From the NCBI GenBank assembly GCA_043797665.1, contig JAZDPL010000065.1:1-64000 (forward strand): a stretch of 64,000 nt of DNA, in the 5' to 3' direction. Positions 45,379 through 55,740 of this stretch are shown in pieces (the first letter of the stretch is position 1; the number at the start of each line of letters is the position of its first letter). The position numbers and the translations under genes were made by a program. The notes under the pieces are model-generated. The model was not told the origin of the DNA. It saw nothing but the letters and a program-made list of their open reading frames with translations, and searched no databases. Source of the stretch: Candidatus Omnitrophota bacterium. Its GTDB lineage: Bacteria > Ratteibacteria > UBA8468 > MWAK01.

Positions 45379-45987
45379 TTACCTTTTTTTTGATTCTCCT
45401 TTGGCTTTAGGTTCTGCTGATTTGAGTGCGTCTTTGTTTAGGATTTTAAGAACTTCATCGGTTAAGTCGGCCGCATCGGGAGAGTAGAGCACCGCTTCCT
45501 TATGAATTATTACGGTGTACCCTTTTTCTTTGCCTATTTTGGCAATTACCTCGTTAATCTCCTTTACCCGATTTTCCACTAATTCCCGGTTTTTACTCTG
45601 GAGTTCCTGGTATGCTTCCCTCTGGAAACTTAAGACCTCATTGCGCTTCTTTTCTATTTCGTCTCCCAATTTCGAAATCTCCGCCTTCATTTCCTCGGCT
45701 TTTTCTTTACTCAGTACCTTCTCTTTTTCTTTCAGATCGCTTTGTTGTTTATCCAATTTATCCTGCAGGGGTTGAATCTCCTTCTGCATTTCGTCAGCTT
45801 TTTTCTCCACGGAAGCCTGGCGCTCTTTACGTAAACTGTCAAACTCTTCCTGGGTTTCCGCCACCTTGTAATAGGCAGAGAATACCCCGTTCATGTCAAC
45901 CACACCAATCTTAGGCTCCTGACCGCTTGCCCAGCGGCCTGCCAACACTAGGCCTATTACTACCCCTAACACTCCGACCTTTTTCAC
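45379..45987 (-). CDS. skp: OmpH/Skp periplasmic chaperone
   Basis: Signal peptide, KIGVVDM, coiled coil and DLTDEVL; lies between bamA and lpxD. Confidence 0.9.
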   Translation of the reverse strand: MKKVGVLGVVIGLVLAGRWASGQEPKIGVVDMNGVFSAYYKVAETQEEFDSLRKERQASVEKKADEMQKEIQPLQDKLDKQQSDLKEKEKVLSKEKAEEMKAEISKLGDEIEKKRNEVLSFQREAYQELQSKNRELVENRVKEINEVIAKIGKEKGYTVIIHKEAVLYSPDAADLTDEVLKILNKDALKSAEPKAKGESKKR

Positions 45988-46013
45988 CTTTCCCTCCTCT
46001 AATTTTGATTCTC

Positions 46014-46115
46014 TGTCATTCCCGCATGTTTTAAGCGGGAATCTATGCCGCAGTATGGATTCCTGCTTACTATCCGCAGGAATACGGGTCCCCTATCCCT
46101 TGAATGGGATAGGGC
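46014..46115. repeat. family C doublet truncated by a family E unit
   Basis: tgtcattcccgcatgttttaagcgggaatcta...tggattcctgc...gcaggaat-a-cgggtcccctatcccttgaatgggataggg. Confidence 0.85.
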
Positions 46116-46132
46116 AACTTATTCCGTTGTTC

Positions 46133-48451
46133 TCAGAAGCCCCAGTCTATCGTAAAGTGGAACCGACCCGGGTCCTCGCCGGGTAATGGGTCTAACGCAT
46201 AGCCGTAGTCTATTTTAATCGGTATCGGGAAGATAGGAATCTTGATGCGAATGCCGGTGCCTATGCCGACTTTAAATTCGGAAAGGTCAAAGTCCGAGGT
46301 CTTCCACCAGGATTGGCCGATGTCGGTAAAGAAAACCAGAAAGAGAATATCCTTATAGAGGGGGTGGGTAATCTCTAAGTTTTCCACCGTCAGGAAGTTT
46401 CCACCTTTAGGTATCCCGCTGGTGTCCAGAGGTCCCAGGGACCGCTCTTCGTAACCGCGCACCGTCTTGGCTCCACCGCAGAAGTACCGTTCGTATATCG
46501 GTACATCTCCGGTATCGCCAAACCCGTCTGCCCAGGCTAATTTCGTGTGGGTGGAGAAGATAAACTTACGGGGTAATTGGTGATAAGAAGAAAAAGCGTA
46601 TTCGCTCTTCCAGAAGTCCTTGTCTCCGCTGAGGGGCCCACCCGCATATTTGAAGTCGAAGTCGTTCAGTGTGCCTGTGGTAGTACGCAGGCGGGAATTT
46701 CTGGTGTCCCGGGTTGCGCCAAGAGCCAGACTGTTGACGTCGCTAACACCGGCTTCATTTTGATAGTCTACGGAGGCGTTTGCGTCGATGTCGGTGATTT
46801 CAATCCTTTCTATTCGCGGGGTGAGACTGAAACGCCAGTACCCGGGAAGTCGCCATCCAAAACGCAGGTCACCGCCGGTTTTCCTTTCGTGATACTCGTC
46901 GTACTCATGGAACCGGTCATACAGGTCAAAACCAGCGGATACCGGATAATCACGAAGGTACGGTTCGGTAAAACTCAAAGCGTAACCGTGCGAACTGCTT
47001 CCGAATTCTCCATACAATTTCGCGTTCTGTCCCCCTCCGGTAAACGAAGGAGGGTTATGCCAGTCAAAATTAGTCTGTTCGATGGATAGAAACCCTACGA
47101 AATCATCCACCGTACTGTAACCGGCTCCAACGAGCAGGTTCCCGGTATGGTCCTTCTCTTTTACGTCAAAAGATATATTTGCCTTATCCGGCGCGGACCC
47201 TTCTTCCGGCTGGACGTTAATTTCATCAAAATAGTTCAGGTCCTTTAAGTTTTCTATGGACTTTTTGAGCTTGGCGCCGTTGAATTGTTCTCCCGGCAGA
47301 ACTTTTATTTCCCGGCGGATGACCTTATCCTTGGTTCGGGTATTTCCGGTGATTTTAATTTCTTCCACGTCCACGATATTGCCGGGTGAAACGTAATAGG
47401 TTATATCCACCCGGTCAGTTTTTTGGTTGTAGATAGGGACCGGTTCCACACGGCACTTCAGGTAACCTTTCTCCCGGTAAAAAGAGATAAGGTTGCTCTG
47501 TCCTTTCATCACCAGTTCCTCGTTATAATGTGAGTCAGTAATCAGGGCGCTTTTTTTCTCCAGCATCACCTCCGGGAAAAGCAGATCTCCGGAGAAAGTT
47601 ATCGTGCCGGTGAGGTATTGTTTACCTTCTTCAATGTTAAAGACGATTTCCATTTCTTTTTTGTATCTTTTTACTTCACCCTTGACCTTTACGTCCGCAA
47701 AACCATATCGATGATAAATCTTTCGTATTCGTTCTTCATCGTCTTTCAATGCCTCTTCTCTAAAGGTACCTAAAATGAATTTAAAGAGGTTGCGTTCTTT
47801 GGTCTTGAGAACCTTTTTGATTTTGCTGTTTTTAAGATTCTCGTTCCCAACAATGATAATTTTGGTGACCCGGGCGGTAGACCCTTCCTGAATTTTGAAG
47901 TTTACTGCGATTCCGTTGGGAGGTAAATCTTTTGTGTCTACGTCCACTTCCGTGAAGAGCAGTCCTTTCTTGAGGTAAAAATCACGTATTTTATTTCGGG
48001 TCTCTTCCACTTTTGTTTTATCGTATAGTTGTCCCGCGGTCAGGGCAATTTCTTTTTGCAGGTTCTTTTTGGAATAGTGCCGGTTTCCGTAAAAGTTAAT
48101 CGCCTTGATGGTCGGTTGTTCCTTCACCTGAAAGGTTACCTTTATCCCTTCCGGAACCGTCTCCACGTTTGGTACAACCTGCGAAAAGAAGCCGGTATCC
48201 ATGAGTCTTTTGGTATCTTCCGCAACCGTGATTTCCGAGTAGGGCTGGTTAGAGCGGGTTCGGACAAAGAGCAGGATGCGACCGGTCGCGATGGTTTGAT
48301 TGCCGGAAATTTCAAGGGCAATTACGTTTCGTTCTTCAGCCTGACCGGGAACACTCATCAAAACCAACGCGAGGGTAGCCGCCGCAGGGATTAGCCTGCG
48401 TATAGAAGTGACGTTCGGAATTCTGGGATGCGTTTTGCCAAAAAAGAACAT
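46133..48451 (-). CDS. bamA: Outer membrane protein assembly factor BamA
   Basis: POTRA repeats (GN.RT.DKVIRRE), VRGY motif, C-terminal Phe. Confidence 0.95.
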   Translation of the reverse strand: MFFFGKTHPRIPNVTSIRRLIPAAATLALVLMSVPGQAEERNVIALEISGNQTIATGRILLFVRTRSNQPYSEITVAEDTKRLMDTGFFSQVVPNVETVPEGIKVTFQVKEQPTIKAINFYGNRHYSKKNLQKEIALTAGQLYDKTKVEETRNKIRDFYLKKGLLFTEVDVDTKDLPPNGIAVNFKIQEGSTARVTKIIIVGNENLKNSKIKKVLKTKERNLFKFILGTFREEALKDDEERIRKIYHRYGFADVKVKGEVKRYKKEMEIVFNIEEGKQYLTGTITFSGDLLFPEVMLEKKSALITDSHYNEELVMKGQSNLISFYREKGYLKCRVEPVPIYNQKTDRVDITYYVSPGNIVDVEEIKITGNTRTKDKVIRREIKVLPGEQFNGAKLKKSIENLKDLNYFDEINVQPEEGSAPDKANISFDVKEKDHTGNLLVGAGYSTVDDFVGFLSIEQTNFDWHNPPSFTGGGQNAKLYGEFGSSSHGYALSFTEPYLRDYPVSAGFDLYDRFHEYDEYHERKTGGDLRFGWRLPGYWRFSLTPRIERIEITDIDANASVDYQNEAGVSDVNSLALGATRDTRNSRLRTTTGTLNDFDFKYAGGPLSGDKDFWKSEYAFSSYHQLPRKFIFSTHTKLAWADGFGDTGDVPIYERYFCGGAKTVRGYEERSLGPLDTSGIPKGGNFLTVENLEITHPLYKDILFLVFFTDIGQSWWKTSDFDLSEFKVGIGTGIRIKIPIFPIPIKIDYGYALDPLPGEDPGRFHFTIDWGF

Positions 48452-48494
48452 TCTTTAGATTTTACTCTACCGGTATCCTAACCGTCAAGCGTAC

Positions 48495-48614
48495 AATATT
48501 TAGTCAACCCCGTTAGTGTAGGGGTCGGATTTATCCGACCCGCTTATCTCGGGTTCAATAAATTGAACCCCTACATCTTTCTGTCTGATATAACGGTGTT
48601 CGCTGAATATTTAC
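48495..48614. repeat. family B doublet (48518-48574) inside an inverted-repeat shell
   Basis: aatatttagtcaaccccgtta...taacggtgttcgctgaatatt around gtaggggtcgg...gaacccctac. Confidence 0.85.
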
Positions 48615-48622
48615 AGGTTTCT

Positions 48623-50032
48623 TCAGGAGTGGCGGTAGACGTTCCAGCCTAAGTAGTTATCCAGTGCTTCCGTAAGAATGTCTGCGGTCTGGGATTGGCT
48701 GAGCGCAACGTGGTGTTCAAACCCGTTTTTGCACAGAACCTGGAGGAGTTCCTGCAGTCTTTCTATTTTTGCGACACCAACTCCGCCAAAGGTCTTCAAC
48801 GGGTCGTCGGTAATCTTTCCCTCGCCGATACAGGCGACAATCTGACCGTTAACGTCATCGGTGCTGATTCGGGCAAAGGTCATTGGTCCGGCGGATATCC
48901 TTCCGGTGTAGGTGCCGTAACTGTTTTCCGGTCCGGCACCCATTCGGGCAGCGATGACGTTGTAACTCATCCCGGTATTTTTGAGCATACTTTTGGGTGC
49001 GTTACTGCAGTGGAAGAGGACCAGTTTATCCGGGTCGTCTCCGTAATTGTTGTTCCAGTCAAAGAGTCCGGAGGGTGCTTCGCTTGCTAATTGTAGGGCG
49101 TACATCGCTACCGCACCCACCACGTCCACTTCACAGGCACAGGGTACCCCGGAGTTACTCATCATACTCATCAGAACGCAGGGAAAGATGGCAAGTGCAT
49201 CCTGCAAGGCTGACCAGCACTGAAGGGTACCGGCATGGATATCGTTCTCTTTAATCCACCGGTCGATGACCAAACCCATCTTAGCCATCTTTAAGAGAGC
49301 GGATGTTGATATTCCTTTGGTGGAGCAATATCCTTCAATTGCCTTCAACTTATTGCCAACCGCCTTATCCGAATCCTTCAGTTTCGCTACGCCGTTCATT
49401 ACCTCGGAGAGGTCAAGGGTTTCTACGGAAATGCCGCTCTTCTGAAGTAATTTTTCGCTGAAACGCACCGTCTTGAAAGGAGTGGTCCGGGCGCCAATCG
49501 CTCCGATTCGTGCCTGCCGAAGTCCTTTTACCACCCGGCAGACACCCATAAACCTTCGTAAGTCGGCAATGAAATCTTTACTGGCAGGATAGACGGTATG
49601 TAGTTCGGTTAACGAGAAGGTGATACCGTACTGGCGCAGGTTGTTGCAGACCGAGAATTTCCCGCAGAAACTGTCCCGGCGGTAGTCCGCTTCCATTCTC
49701 TCCAACCGGTCAGGATAAGCCTGAACCAGGACCGGAACGTTCAGGCCGGACATCTTAATGGTTTCTGCGATTGCCCTTTCGTCTCCGAAGTTGGGCAGGC
49801 TGATTAGAATACCGTCTATTTTCTCCCGGTTCTGACGGAAGAGGTTGGCACACTTTTTAGCGTCACCTAAGTTTTCAATGGCTCCCCATTTTGTGTCTCT
49901 GTTGCCGGCAATCAGGATATCTATTCCTTCCTTTCGTAACGTCTCAACTACTTCCTGGCGTCCTTTTTCCGCAAGCCCGCCTGGAAAACAGCCCCGGTGT
50001 CCGATGATTACACCCAGCGTTCCTTTCTTCAT
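48623..50032 (-). CDS. L-fucose/L-arabinose isomerase family protein
   Basis: NFGDE, RRDSFCGK, ACEVD, FHCSN and GFEHH motifs; start moved to MKKGTL because the upstream codons lie in a repeat. Confidence 0.9.
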   Translation of the reverse strand: MKKGTLGVIIGHRGCFPGGLAEKGRQEVVETLRKEGIDILIAGNRDTKWGAIENLGDAKKCANLFRQNREKIDGILISLPNFGDERAIAETIKMSGLNVPVLVQAYPDRLERMEADYRRDSFCGKFSVCNNLRQYGITFSLTELHTVYPASKDFIADLRRFMGVCRVVKGLRQARIGAIGARTTPFKTVRFSEKLLQKSGISVETLDLSEVMNGVAKLKDSDKAVGNKLKAIEGYCSTKGISTSALLKMAKMGLVIDRWIKENDIHAGTLQCWSALQDALAIFPCVLMSMMSNSGVPCACEVDVVGAVAMYALQLASEAPSGLFDWNNNYGDDPDKLVLFHCSNAPKSMLKNTGMSYNVIAARMGAGPENSYGTYTGRISAGPMTFARISTDDVNGQIVACIGEGKITDDPLKTFGGVGVAKIERLQELLQVLCKNGFEHHVALSQSQTADILTEALDNYLGWNVYRHS

Positions 50033-50043
50033 AATCCTCTCCT

Positions 50044-50075
50044 TGTCATTCCCGCATGCTTTAAGCGGGAATCCA
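50044..50075 (+). repeat. family C repeat
   Basis: tgtcattcccgcatgctttaagcgggaatcca. Confidence 0.85.
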
Positions 50076-50100
50076 TTGGATTCCTTATTGTTATATTGTA

Positions 50101-51621
50101 TCACACTTTCAGTTTTTGGAGGGACTGCCGGGCAGAGGCAAGGGAATGGTAAATTTCTTTGTATATTTCAAATCGCTCCTCATAGGCTTGGGTATATTTA
50201 GGCCGTGGATAAAAGGTTCTGGTTGGTTTTGCCCATTTTCCTGCGGTGGTCCTGAGGTCAAAGAGACCGGTACCGGACCCGGCAAGAATCGCTGCGCCCA
50301 TACAGGTTGCTTCGGTTATAGAGAGAGTGGTCAGCGGAATTCCTAAGATATCCGCTTTTATCTGCAGCCAGGTGGCACTCTTTGCTCCGCCGCCGATGGT
50401 CCGCAACTCTTTTATCTTTAGCCCCACACCGTTCAGTATGGAGAGGTTCCACTTCATTTCGTAGGTTATCCCTTCCAGAAAGGCACGCAGGATTTCCGAG
50501 CGGGTGGTGGAAAGTTTCAGTCCGAACAGGACACCGGTTCCAGACTGGTCAAAGAGGGGAGTACCGGTAGGGCAAAAGTGGGGGAGAAGAATCAGCCGCG
50601 ATGGGTTCCGGTCAGCACTTTTGATGATCTTTTCGTAAGGGTCCTGGCCTTTTTGCCGTGCTTCTTTGGTTTCTTCTAAGGCAAGGTTGTCCCTTACCCA
50701 GCGCAGGATATTGCCGCCGGTCAGGCTGAAGGCTACCGTAGTGTAAGCCTCCGGTATGACGTGAGGATAGGTTGCCAGGTTACAGCGCATCAGTTCAGGG
50801 TTTAAGATAAGACGGTTAAAGGCAGGGCAGATACATTCTGCAGTGCCGGTGGAATAACTGGCACAGTCGGTTGTTACCGCTCCGGAACCTAATGCGCCGC
50901 AGGGCTGGTCGTGTCCCCCTAAAACCACAGAGACCTTTTTGTCCAGGCCAATCTTCCGGGCGATATCTTTTTTTAAGGTGCCCACAACCGTACCGCTGGG
51001 TACTACATCCGGCAGACGTCTGCCGGGCAGCCCGATTCTATCCAGAATTTCCGGAGACCATTTTTTGGTTCTTACATTAAACAGCATGGAACGGCTTGCC
51101 ATAGTATATTCCGCTTTGGTTTCACCGGTGAGGACAAACGCAAGTAAGTCCAGAAAGAAGAAGAACTTCCAGGTTTTCTGCCATACGTCCGGCTGATGTT
51201 CCTTAAGCCACAAAAGTTTGAAAAGAGAGTACATATGGTAGGGAGTATGGCCGGTAATCCGGTAAATTTTCTCTGCACCGAAACTCCTGCTCCAGGGAGC
51301 AACCAGGTGTTGGGCCCGGAAATCAGCGGTGGTCATGGCGTTTCCCAGAAACCTTCCGTCTTTTGATACCGGCGTGAACGCCTCTCCCTGAGAGGCGATA
51401 CCGACGGCGACAACCGGGTCCTTCTTTTTAACCTCCGCACTTACTTTCTTGATAACCTGCAGGGCAGAGTAGATTACCTTATTTGAATCAAGTTCACAAA
51501 ACCCGGATTTGGGAAGTAGAGTGGGATATTCCTGATAGGCAATGGCAAGGAGTTTGCCTGATTCGCCAAAGACCGCGGCCTTTACGCCGCCCTGCCCGAT
51601 ATCCACTCCCATCAGACTCAT
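50101..51621 (-). CDS. FGGY family carbohydrate kinase
   Basis: GVDIG, GGHDQ, GTAE and GGGAKS..W.QIKAD motifs. Confidence 0.93.
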   Translation of the reverse strand: MSLMGVDIGQGGVKAAVFGESGKLLAIAYQEYPTLLPKSGFCELDSNKVIYSALQVIKKVSAEVKKKDPVVAVGIASQGEAFTPVSKDGRFLGNAMTTADFRAQHLVAPWSRSFGAEKIYRITGHTPYHMYSLFKLLWLKEHQPDVWQKTWKFFFFLDLLAFVLTGETKAEYTMASRSMLFNVRTKKWSPEILDRIGLPGRRLPDVVPSGTVVGTLKKDIARKIGLDKKVSVVLGGHDQPCGALGSGAVTTDCASYSTGTAECICPAFNRLILNPELMRCNLATYPHVIPEAYTTVAFSLTGGNILRWVRDNLALEETKEARQKGQDPYEKIIKSADRNPSRLILLPHFCPTGTPLFDQSGTGVLFGLKLSTTRSEILRAFLEGITYEMKWNLSILNGVGLKIKELRTIGGGAKSATWLQIKADILGIPLTTLSITEATCMGAAILAGSGTGLFDLRTTAGKWAKPTRTFYPRPKYTQAYEERFEIYKEIYHSLASARQSLQKLKV

Positions 51622-51623
51622 AT

Positions 51624-54600
51624 TTATTGGGGTTGGTAAAAAAAGGTGGCAATCTGGAAGGGTTTTACCATGATAGTAAAACGTCTGCCGGTGAAAGGTA
51701 TTTTGTTTTTAACCTCTTCTATAAGGTTGGTTTCCCTGAGTTCTTTGGGTTCTGACGGCAGGGTAACGGTAACTTTACCGGCTTTGCCGTTTGATTCGTA
51801 CAGGCGCAGGATAAACCCTTGACCGTCTTCCGAACGTTTTAAGGCGGAAATAACCACGTCTAAACCTTCGGTTTTAATAAAAGAGAAGGATGTAGGGGCT
51901 TGATTCATCAAGCCCGTTTCGGGCGCCATAAATGGCGCCCCTACACTCAGAGGAAGGAGAAGAACCGGGATGTTGAGTTGATAGCCTTGTTTAACCACTT
52001 CAGAGTTAGACCAATTCCCCCGGTGCAGGAAAAGGGAATAGGTGAATCGGTGTTTTCCCCAATCTGCTTCCGGGTCAGGATAGGTAGGTGCACGTAAAAG
52101 GGTAAGGCGTATGATATTCCTTTTAATGTCATACCCGTACTTGCAATCGTTGAGAAGGCTCACGCCGTACTTATCATCGGAGAGGTCTGCCCAGCGTAAG
52201 GCAGAGACTTCTTTCTTTGCTTCTTCCCAGGAATTATTATTGGTGGTAGGCCGGCCAATCGCGCCAAAAGGTATTTCGTAAAAGGCTTGATCGGATTTCA
52301 CCGAGACCGGAAAAGCGGACTTGAGCATCTTGCGCCTTTCCTGCCAGTTTACCGTGGTTTTAAAGTCAATACGCCAGGAGTCTTCATAAAGAACGATATC
52401 CTGGGAAAGGGTGCTTTTATTGTCTTTAAATACTTGCCGCAAGACGGCTCTAAACGGACAGGATTCTATTATTTTACGCTGGACTAATTTTCCAAAGGGT
52501 CTGACCGTGGATTCGTAATCCGGGTCAATATTCCAGGCTTCTTCCGCTAAGGGTCCGTCTTTAAAGATTAAGAAATCGTTGGCGCAGGATTTCGGAGGTA
52601 TAACCTCTTTTTTATTTACCTTATCGTAGATACTTATGATTCTGCCCTGTTGGTTAAGGTTTAAAGAAAGGTTTTTGTTTTCCAGAAAATCCTTTTTTAT
52701 CTTTAATTCGGATTTTTCAGGTTTCTCCCCTTTCAAATAATAAACCCGGTAGCCACAGGAAGGCAGTGCTGTATTTATCAGAATGCCTGGTTTTACTTCC
52801 ACTATTTCTTTCCGCTCCCAGTTGAGAGGGTTGAAGAGTAAGACCGCTTCGCCTTTTTCCGGAGATACGGAAATTCTGCCGGCAATCTTGTTTAAGTTAT
52901 TCTTAATCTCATCGTTAAGATGCATAATGATTTTCTGGTACTGCGGTTCAATGTCCTGGTAGACTTCTTTGATGGAAGAGCCGGGTAAGATGTCGTGGAA
53001 CTGGAAGGTCAGGATTTTTTCCCAGATATCAGTCATTTCTTCGGGTCGGATGAATCCGCCCCCTACACCTTGTTTGTAGGGCGGGTTTCCCTTGTCATAG
53101 GATTGACAAGGGCTCGATTTATCGAGCCCGCCAAGAATTGTGTTAAGGCTCTGGAGGAGTTCCAGGGTGTAAAGAAGGTTTTCCGCGGTCCGGTTGTTTT
53201 GTTTAATTTGCGCCTGGCTGGTGTAACAGCCCTGATGGGTTTCCAAATAAAGTTCACCTTTCCAGACCGGAAGGTCTTTGGATTCTTTTACTACCTTTTT
53301 AAAATAGTCTTCGACCCGGCTGGCGCTACTTTTAGGAAGATAAGGAAGATTTCCCACTCGTTTCGCGTATTCTAACATCTCCAAAGATACCCCGCCACCG
53401 CCGTCACCGTAACCAAAAGGAAAGAGGCAGACGGGAAATCTTATTTTCTGTTGGAATTCTTTCTCCGCTTTTTTAAACTGATAGGGATTCGGGAAGCCGT
53501 TGTAGCCCCAGAAGAGCTTTGGTGTGTGGGCTAAGACTCTGCTTCCGTCAATTCCCTGCCACCAGAAGAGACTGTGCGGAAAACGGTTGGTCGTCTGCCA
53601 GTAAATTTTATTGGTATAGAAATAGTCTATGCCGGATTCCTTGAATATCTGGGGCAGGGAACCGCTAAAACCGAAGGTATCCGGCAGCCAGGCGGTACGG
53701 ACATCTTTACCGAATTCCTCTTTAAAAAACTTTTTGCCGTAAAGAATCTGGCGTACTAAAGACTCTCCGGAGATAAGGTTGCAGTCCGGTTCTACCCAGA
53801 GACCGCCAACCGGTTCCCACTGACCTTTTGCCACCCTTTCTTTTATTCCCTGGTAGACATCAGGATAATACTTTTTGGTAAATTGGTATAACTGGGGCTG
53901 GCTGGCGCAGAAGATAAATTCAGGGTAAATTTCCATCAAACGTAACGCGGTAGAAAATGTCCGTCCGCACTTCCGTATTGTTTCCGCAATCGTCCAGAGC
54001 CAGGCGGTATCAATGTGGCTGTGACCCACCAATGCCAGGGAAAACCCCTGTTTACTACCCCTGCCTACTGCATGCAGGGGCAAGCATACAGGGGCAGGAT
54101 TATGCGATAACCCTTTTTTGGCGAAAAATTCTCTCGTTAAGATGCCGCAGGCTTCCGTAATAGAATTCATCTCTTCTCCCCAATCTGACATTGGGGTCCC
54201 CGCGTCGAACTTTCGGAGCGCCTTAAGGATAACCGGTTCCAGAACCTTTTTCTCTTTTTCTTCCGCGGTTTGCCAGATTTCAAAAATCACCCTGAGGTGA
54301 TAATAGAATTTTAAAATCTGGTGATTAAGCGCAGACAGTTCCACCGAGGAGAAGAGGTGGGGCTGGTCGGGAGCCGAGCAGATTCGGTTTGAAAAAGACC
54401 ACTCCACTTCAAAGGTGAGGATTTTTTTGTTTAATAACGGCCTGCCCCTGCATGTAATAGGCAGGGGGACCAGGCTGTGGTTTCTGTCTATGCCCCAGTA
54501 GGGTTTACCTTCAAGAAAGAGCAAGCCCTCCGCATTATTAAACCCAAATTTTAGATATAACTGAGAGTCTTTCGGACCTGCAGACAAAGGCAATTCCCCT

Positions 54601-54776
54601 TTGAAAGATAGCCTCTTCTCAAAAGTGGAGATAACCGGAAGACGCACCCTTTGCCACTTATCCGCGGTGTTTTTCCTAATTACTCCTTCATCCAGAGTAA
54701 ACAGAATACGACCGGATTTCTCCTCCAGTACTCTGAGAGTTCCTGCAACCTTACTGCTCAATCTCTGCGTCTCCAT
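51624..54776 (-). CDS. GH38 alpha-mannosidase with five in-frame repeat inserts
   Basis: GHSHIDTAWLW, WLPDTFG, GYGDGGGG, GELYLETH and QFHDILPGSSI motifs; start METQRL. Confidence 0.93.
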   Translation of the reverse strand: METQRLSSKVAGTLRVLEEKSGRILFTLDEGVIRKNTADKWQRVRLPVISTFEKRLSFKGELPLSAGPKDSQLYLKFGFNNAEGLLFLEGKPYWGIDRNHSLVPLPITCRGRPLLNKKILTFEVEWSFSNRICSAPDQPHLFSSVELSALNHQILKFYYHLRVIFEIWQTAEEKEKKVLEPVILKALRKFDAGTPMSDWGEEMNSITEACGILTREFFAKKGLSHNPAPVCLPLHAVGRGSKQGFSLALVGHSHIDTAWLWTIAETIRKCGRTFSTALRLMEIYPEFIFCASQPQLYQFTKKYYPDVYQGIKERVAKGQWEPVGGLWVEPDCNLISGESLVRQILYGKKFFKEEFGKDVRTAWLPDTFGFSGSLPQIFKESGIDYFYTNKIYWQTTNRFPHSLFWWQGIDGSRVLAHTPKLFWGYNGFPNPYQFKKAEKEFQQKIRFPVCLFPFGYGDGGGGVSLEMLEYAKRVGNLPYLPKSSASRVEDYFKKVVKESKDLPVWKGELYLETHQGCYTSQAQIKQNNRTAENLLYTLELLQSLNTILGGLDKSSPCQSYDKGNPPYKQGVGGGFIRPEEMTDIWEKILTFQFHDILPGSSIKEVYQDIEPQYQKIIMHLNDEIKNNLNKIAGRISVSPEKGEAVLLFNPLNWERKEIVEVKPGILINTALPSCGYRVYYLKGEKPEKSELKIKKDFLENKNLSLNLNQQGRIISIYDKVNKKEVIPPKSCANDFLIFKDGPLAEEAWNIDPDYESTVRPFGKLVQRKIIESCPFRAVLRQVFKDNKSTLSQDIVLYEDSWRIDFKTTVNWQERRKMLKSAFPVSVKSDQAFYEIPFGAIGRPTTNNNSWEEAKKEVSALRWADLSDDKYGVSLLNDCKYGYDIKRNIIRLTLLRAPTYPDPEADWGKHRFTYSLFLHRGNWSNSEVVKQGYQLNIPVLLLPLSVGAPFMAPETGLMNQAPTSFSFIKTEGLDVVISALKRSEDGQGFILRLYESNGKAGKVTVTLPSEPKELRETNLIEEVKNKIPFTGRRFTIMVKPFQIATFFYQPQ

Positions 54777-54787
54777 GGAGGTTCTTT

Positions 54788-55549
54788 TTAGGGGATGAGG
54801 AGGCTGAGGCGTTCCCCGGAAAGGAGCATACCGCCAAAGATAGGGCCCATTCTCGGACCGCCGAAAACCGCATTTACGGTCATACCCGCGATGAAAAGTC
54901 CCGGGAATACCTCGCCGGTGTTGGCGATAATCATCTCTTCGCCTTTTTCTGCCCACATCGGACCTTCGCCCGCAACCTTACCGGTGGGTGTACGCAGGGT
55001 TACCTTTCCTTTATCCACCAGGAGCCGGCAGAGAACCGCATCGTGGCCGGTGGCATCAACCACCGCTTTTGCCCGGATGGTTATCGGGTCAACGTGGAGA
55101 CCGGCGGTCTTGACCGCAGACCAGTTGAGAACCAGGCCGTTGACCCTGCCTTCCTGGAGCGAAAGGTCTTCCACCGCAATCAGGTTGAAGATTTTGGCGC
55201 CAGCCTGGATGGCTTTACTGGTAAGCAAAGAGATTGCTTCCAACGAATCGGCGACGTAATAGCCTGCCTGGTATTTTTGATAACGGATGCCAAACTCGTC
55301 CAGAATTTTCTTCGCCTCTTCCTGGATTACAATTTTGTTGAACATCATTCCGCCGCCCGGCATTCCGCCGCCAACCCTTAACTGGCGTTCAAAAATGGCT
55401 ACCTTCCTGCCTTTCTTAGCCAGAAAGTAGGCAGCGGTTAAGCCGGCCGGACCGGCACCGGCAATCGCGACGTCATTTTCCAGATAGTTAAGAAAGTCCT
55501 GAAAATAAGTTTCCACAATCGCCCGGGAAATCACAACATCATCCAGCAT
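54788..55549 (-). CDS. thi4: Thi4-type thiazole synthase, His (sulfide-dependent) variant
   Basis: GAGPAG, GGGM, LHVDP, DATGH and [14 protein letters not shown] motifs. Confidence 0.94.
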   Translation of the reverse strand: MLDDVVISRAIVETYFQDFLNYLENDVAIAGAGPAGLTAAYFLAKKGRKVAIFERQLRVGGGMPGGGMMFNKIVIQEEAKKILDEFGIRYQKYQAGYYVADSLEAISLLTSKAIQAGAKIFNLIAVEDLSLQEGRVNGLVLNWSAVKTAGLHVDPITIRAKAVVDATGHDAVLCRLLVDKGKVTLRTPTGKVAGEGPMWAEKGEEMIIANTGEVFPGLFIAGMTVNAVFGGPRMGPIFGGMLLSGERLSLLIP

Positions 55550-55560
55550 ATTTTCCTCCA

Positions 55561-55580
55561 TTAGGGGTTGCTAAACCCCT
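55561..55580. repeat. collapsed end of the 18443-18747 MITE
   Basis: ttaggggttgctaaac is identical to 18441-18456 and is followed by ccct, closing a hairpin. Confidence 0.55.
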
Positions 55581-55740
55581 TACATTTCATAATGTGTTTT
55601 GATAATAATTATACCTGAAATCTATCCACAAGGTAAAATGTTACTATTTAGTTTCCTGTCTAAACAGGGGAACGGTGCTAAAGTTGACCAAAAGGAGTGG
55701 TTCACAGTAAAATATAAGGGGGCAACTCCTCCACTACCGT

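Noticed and set aside
54777..54956. 60-aa N-terminal extension of the mannosidase
   Set aside because: It overlaps the thi4 3' end in another frame; the ATG at 54776 fits better.
55562..55740. TPP riboswitch upstream of thi4
   Set aside because: No CTGAGA or CCTGA..TAAT..GCGTAGG core is visible on the coding strand.
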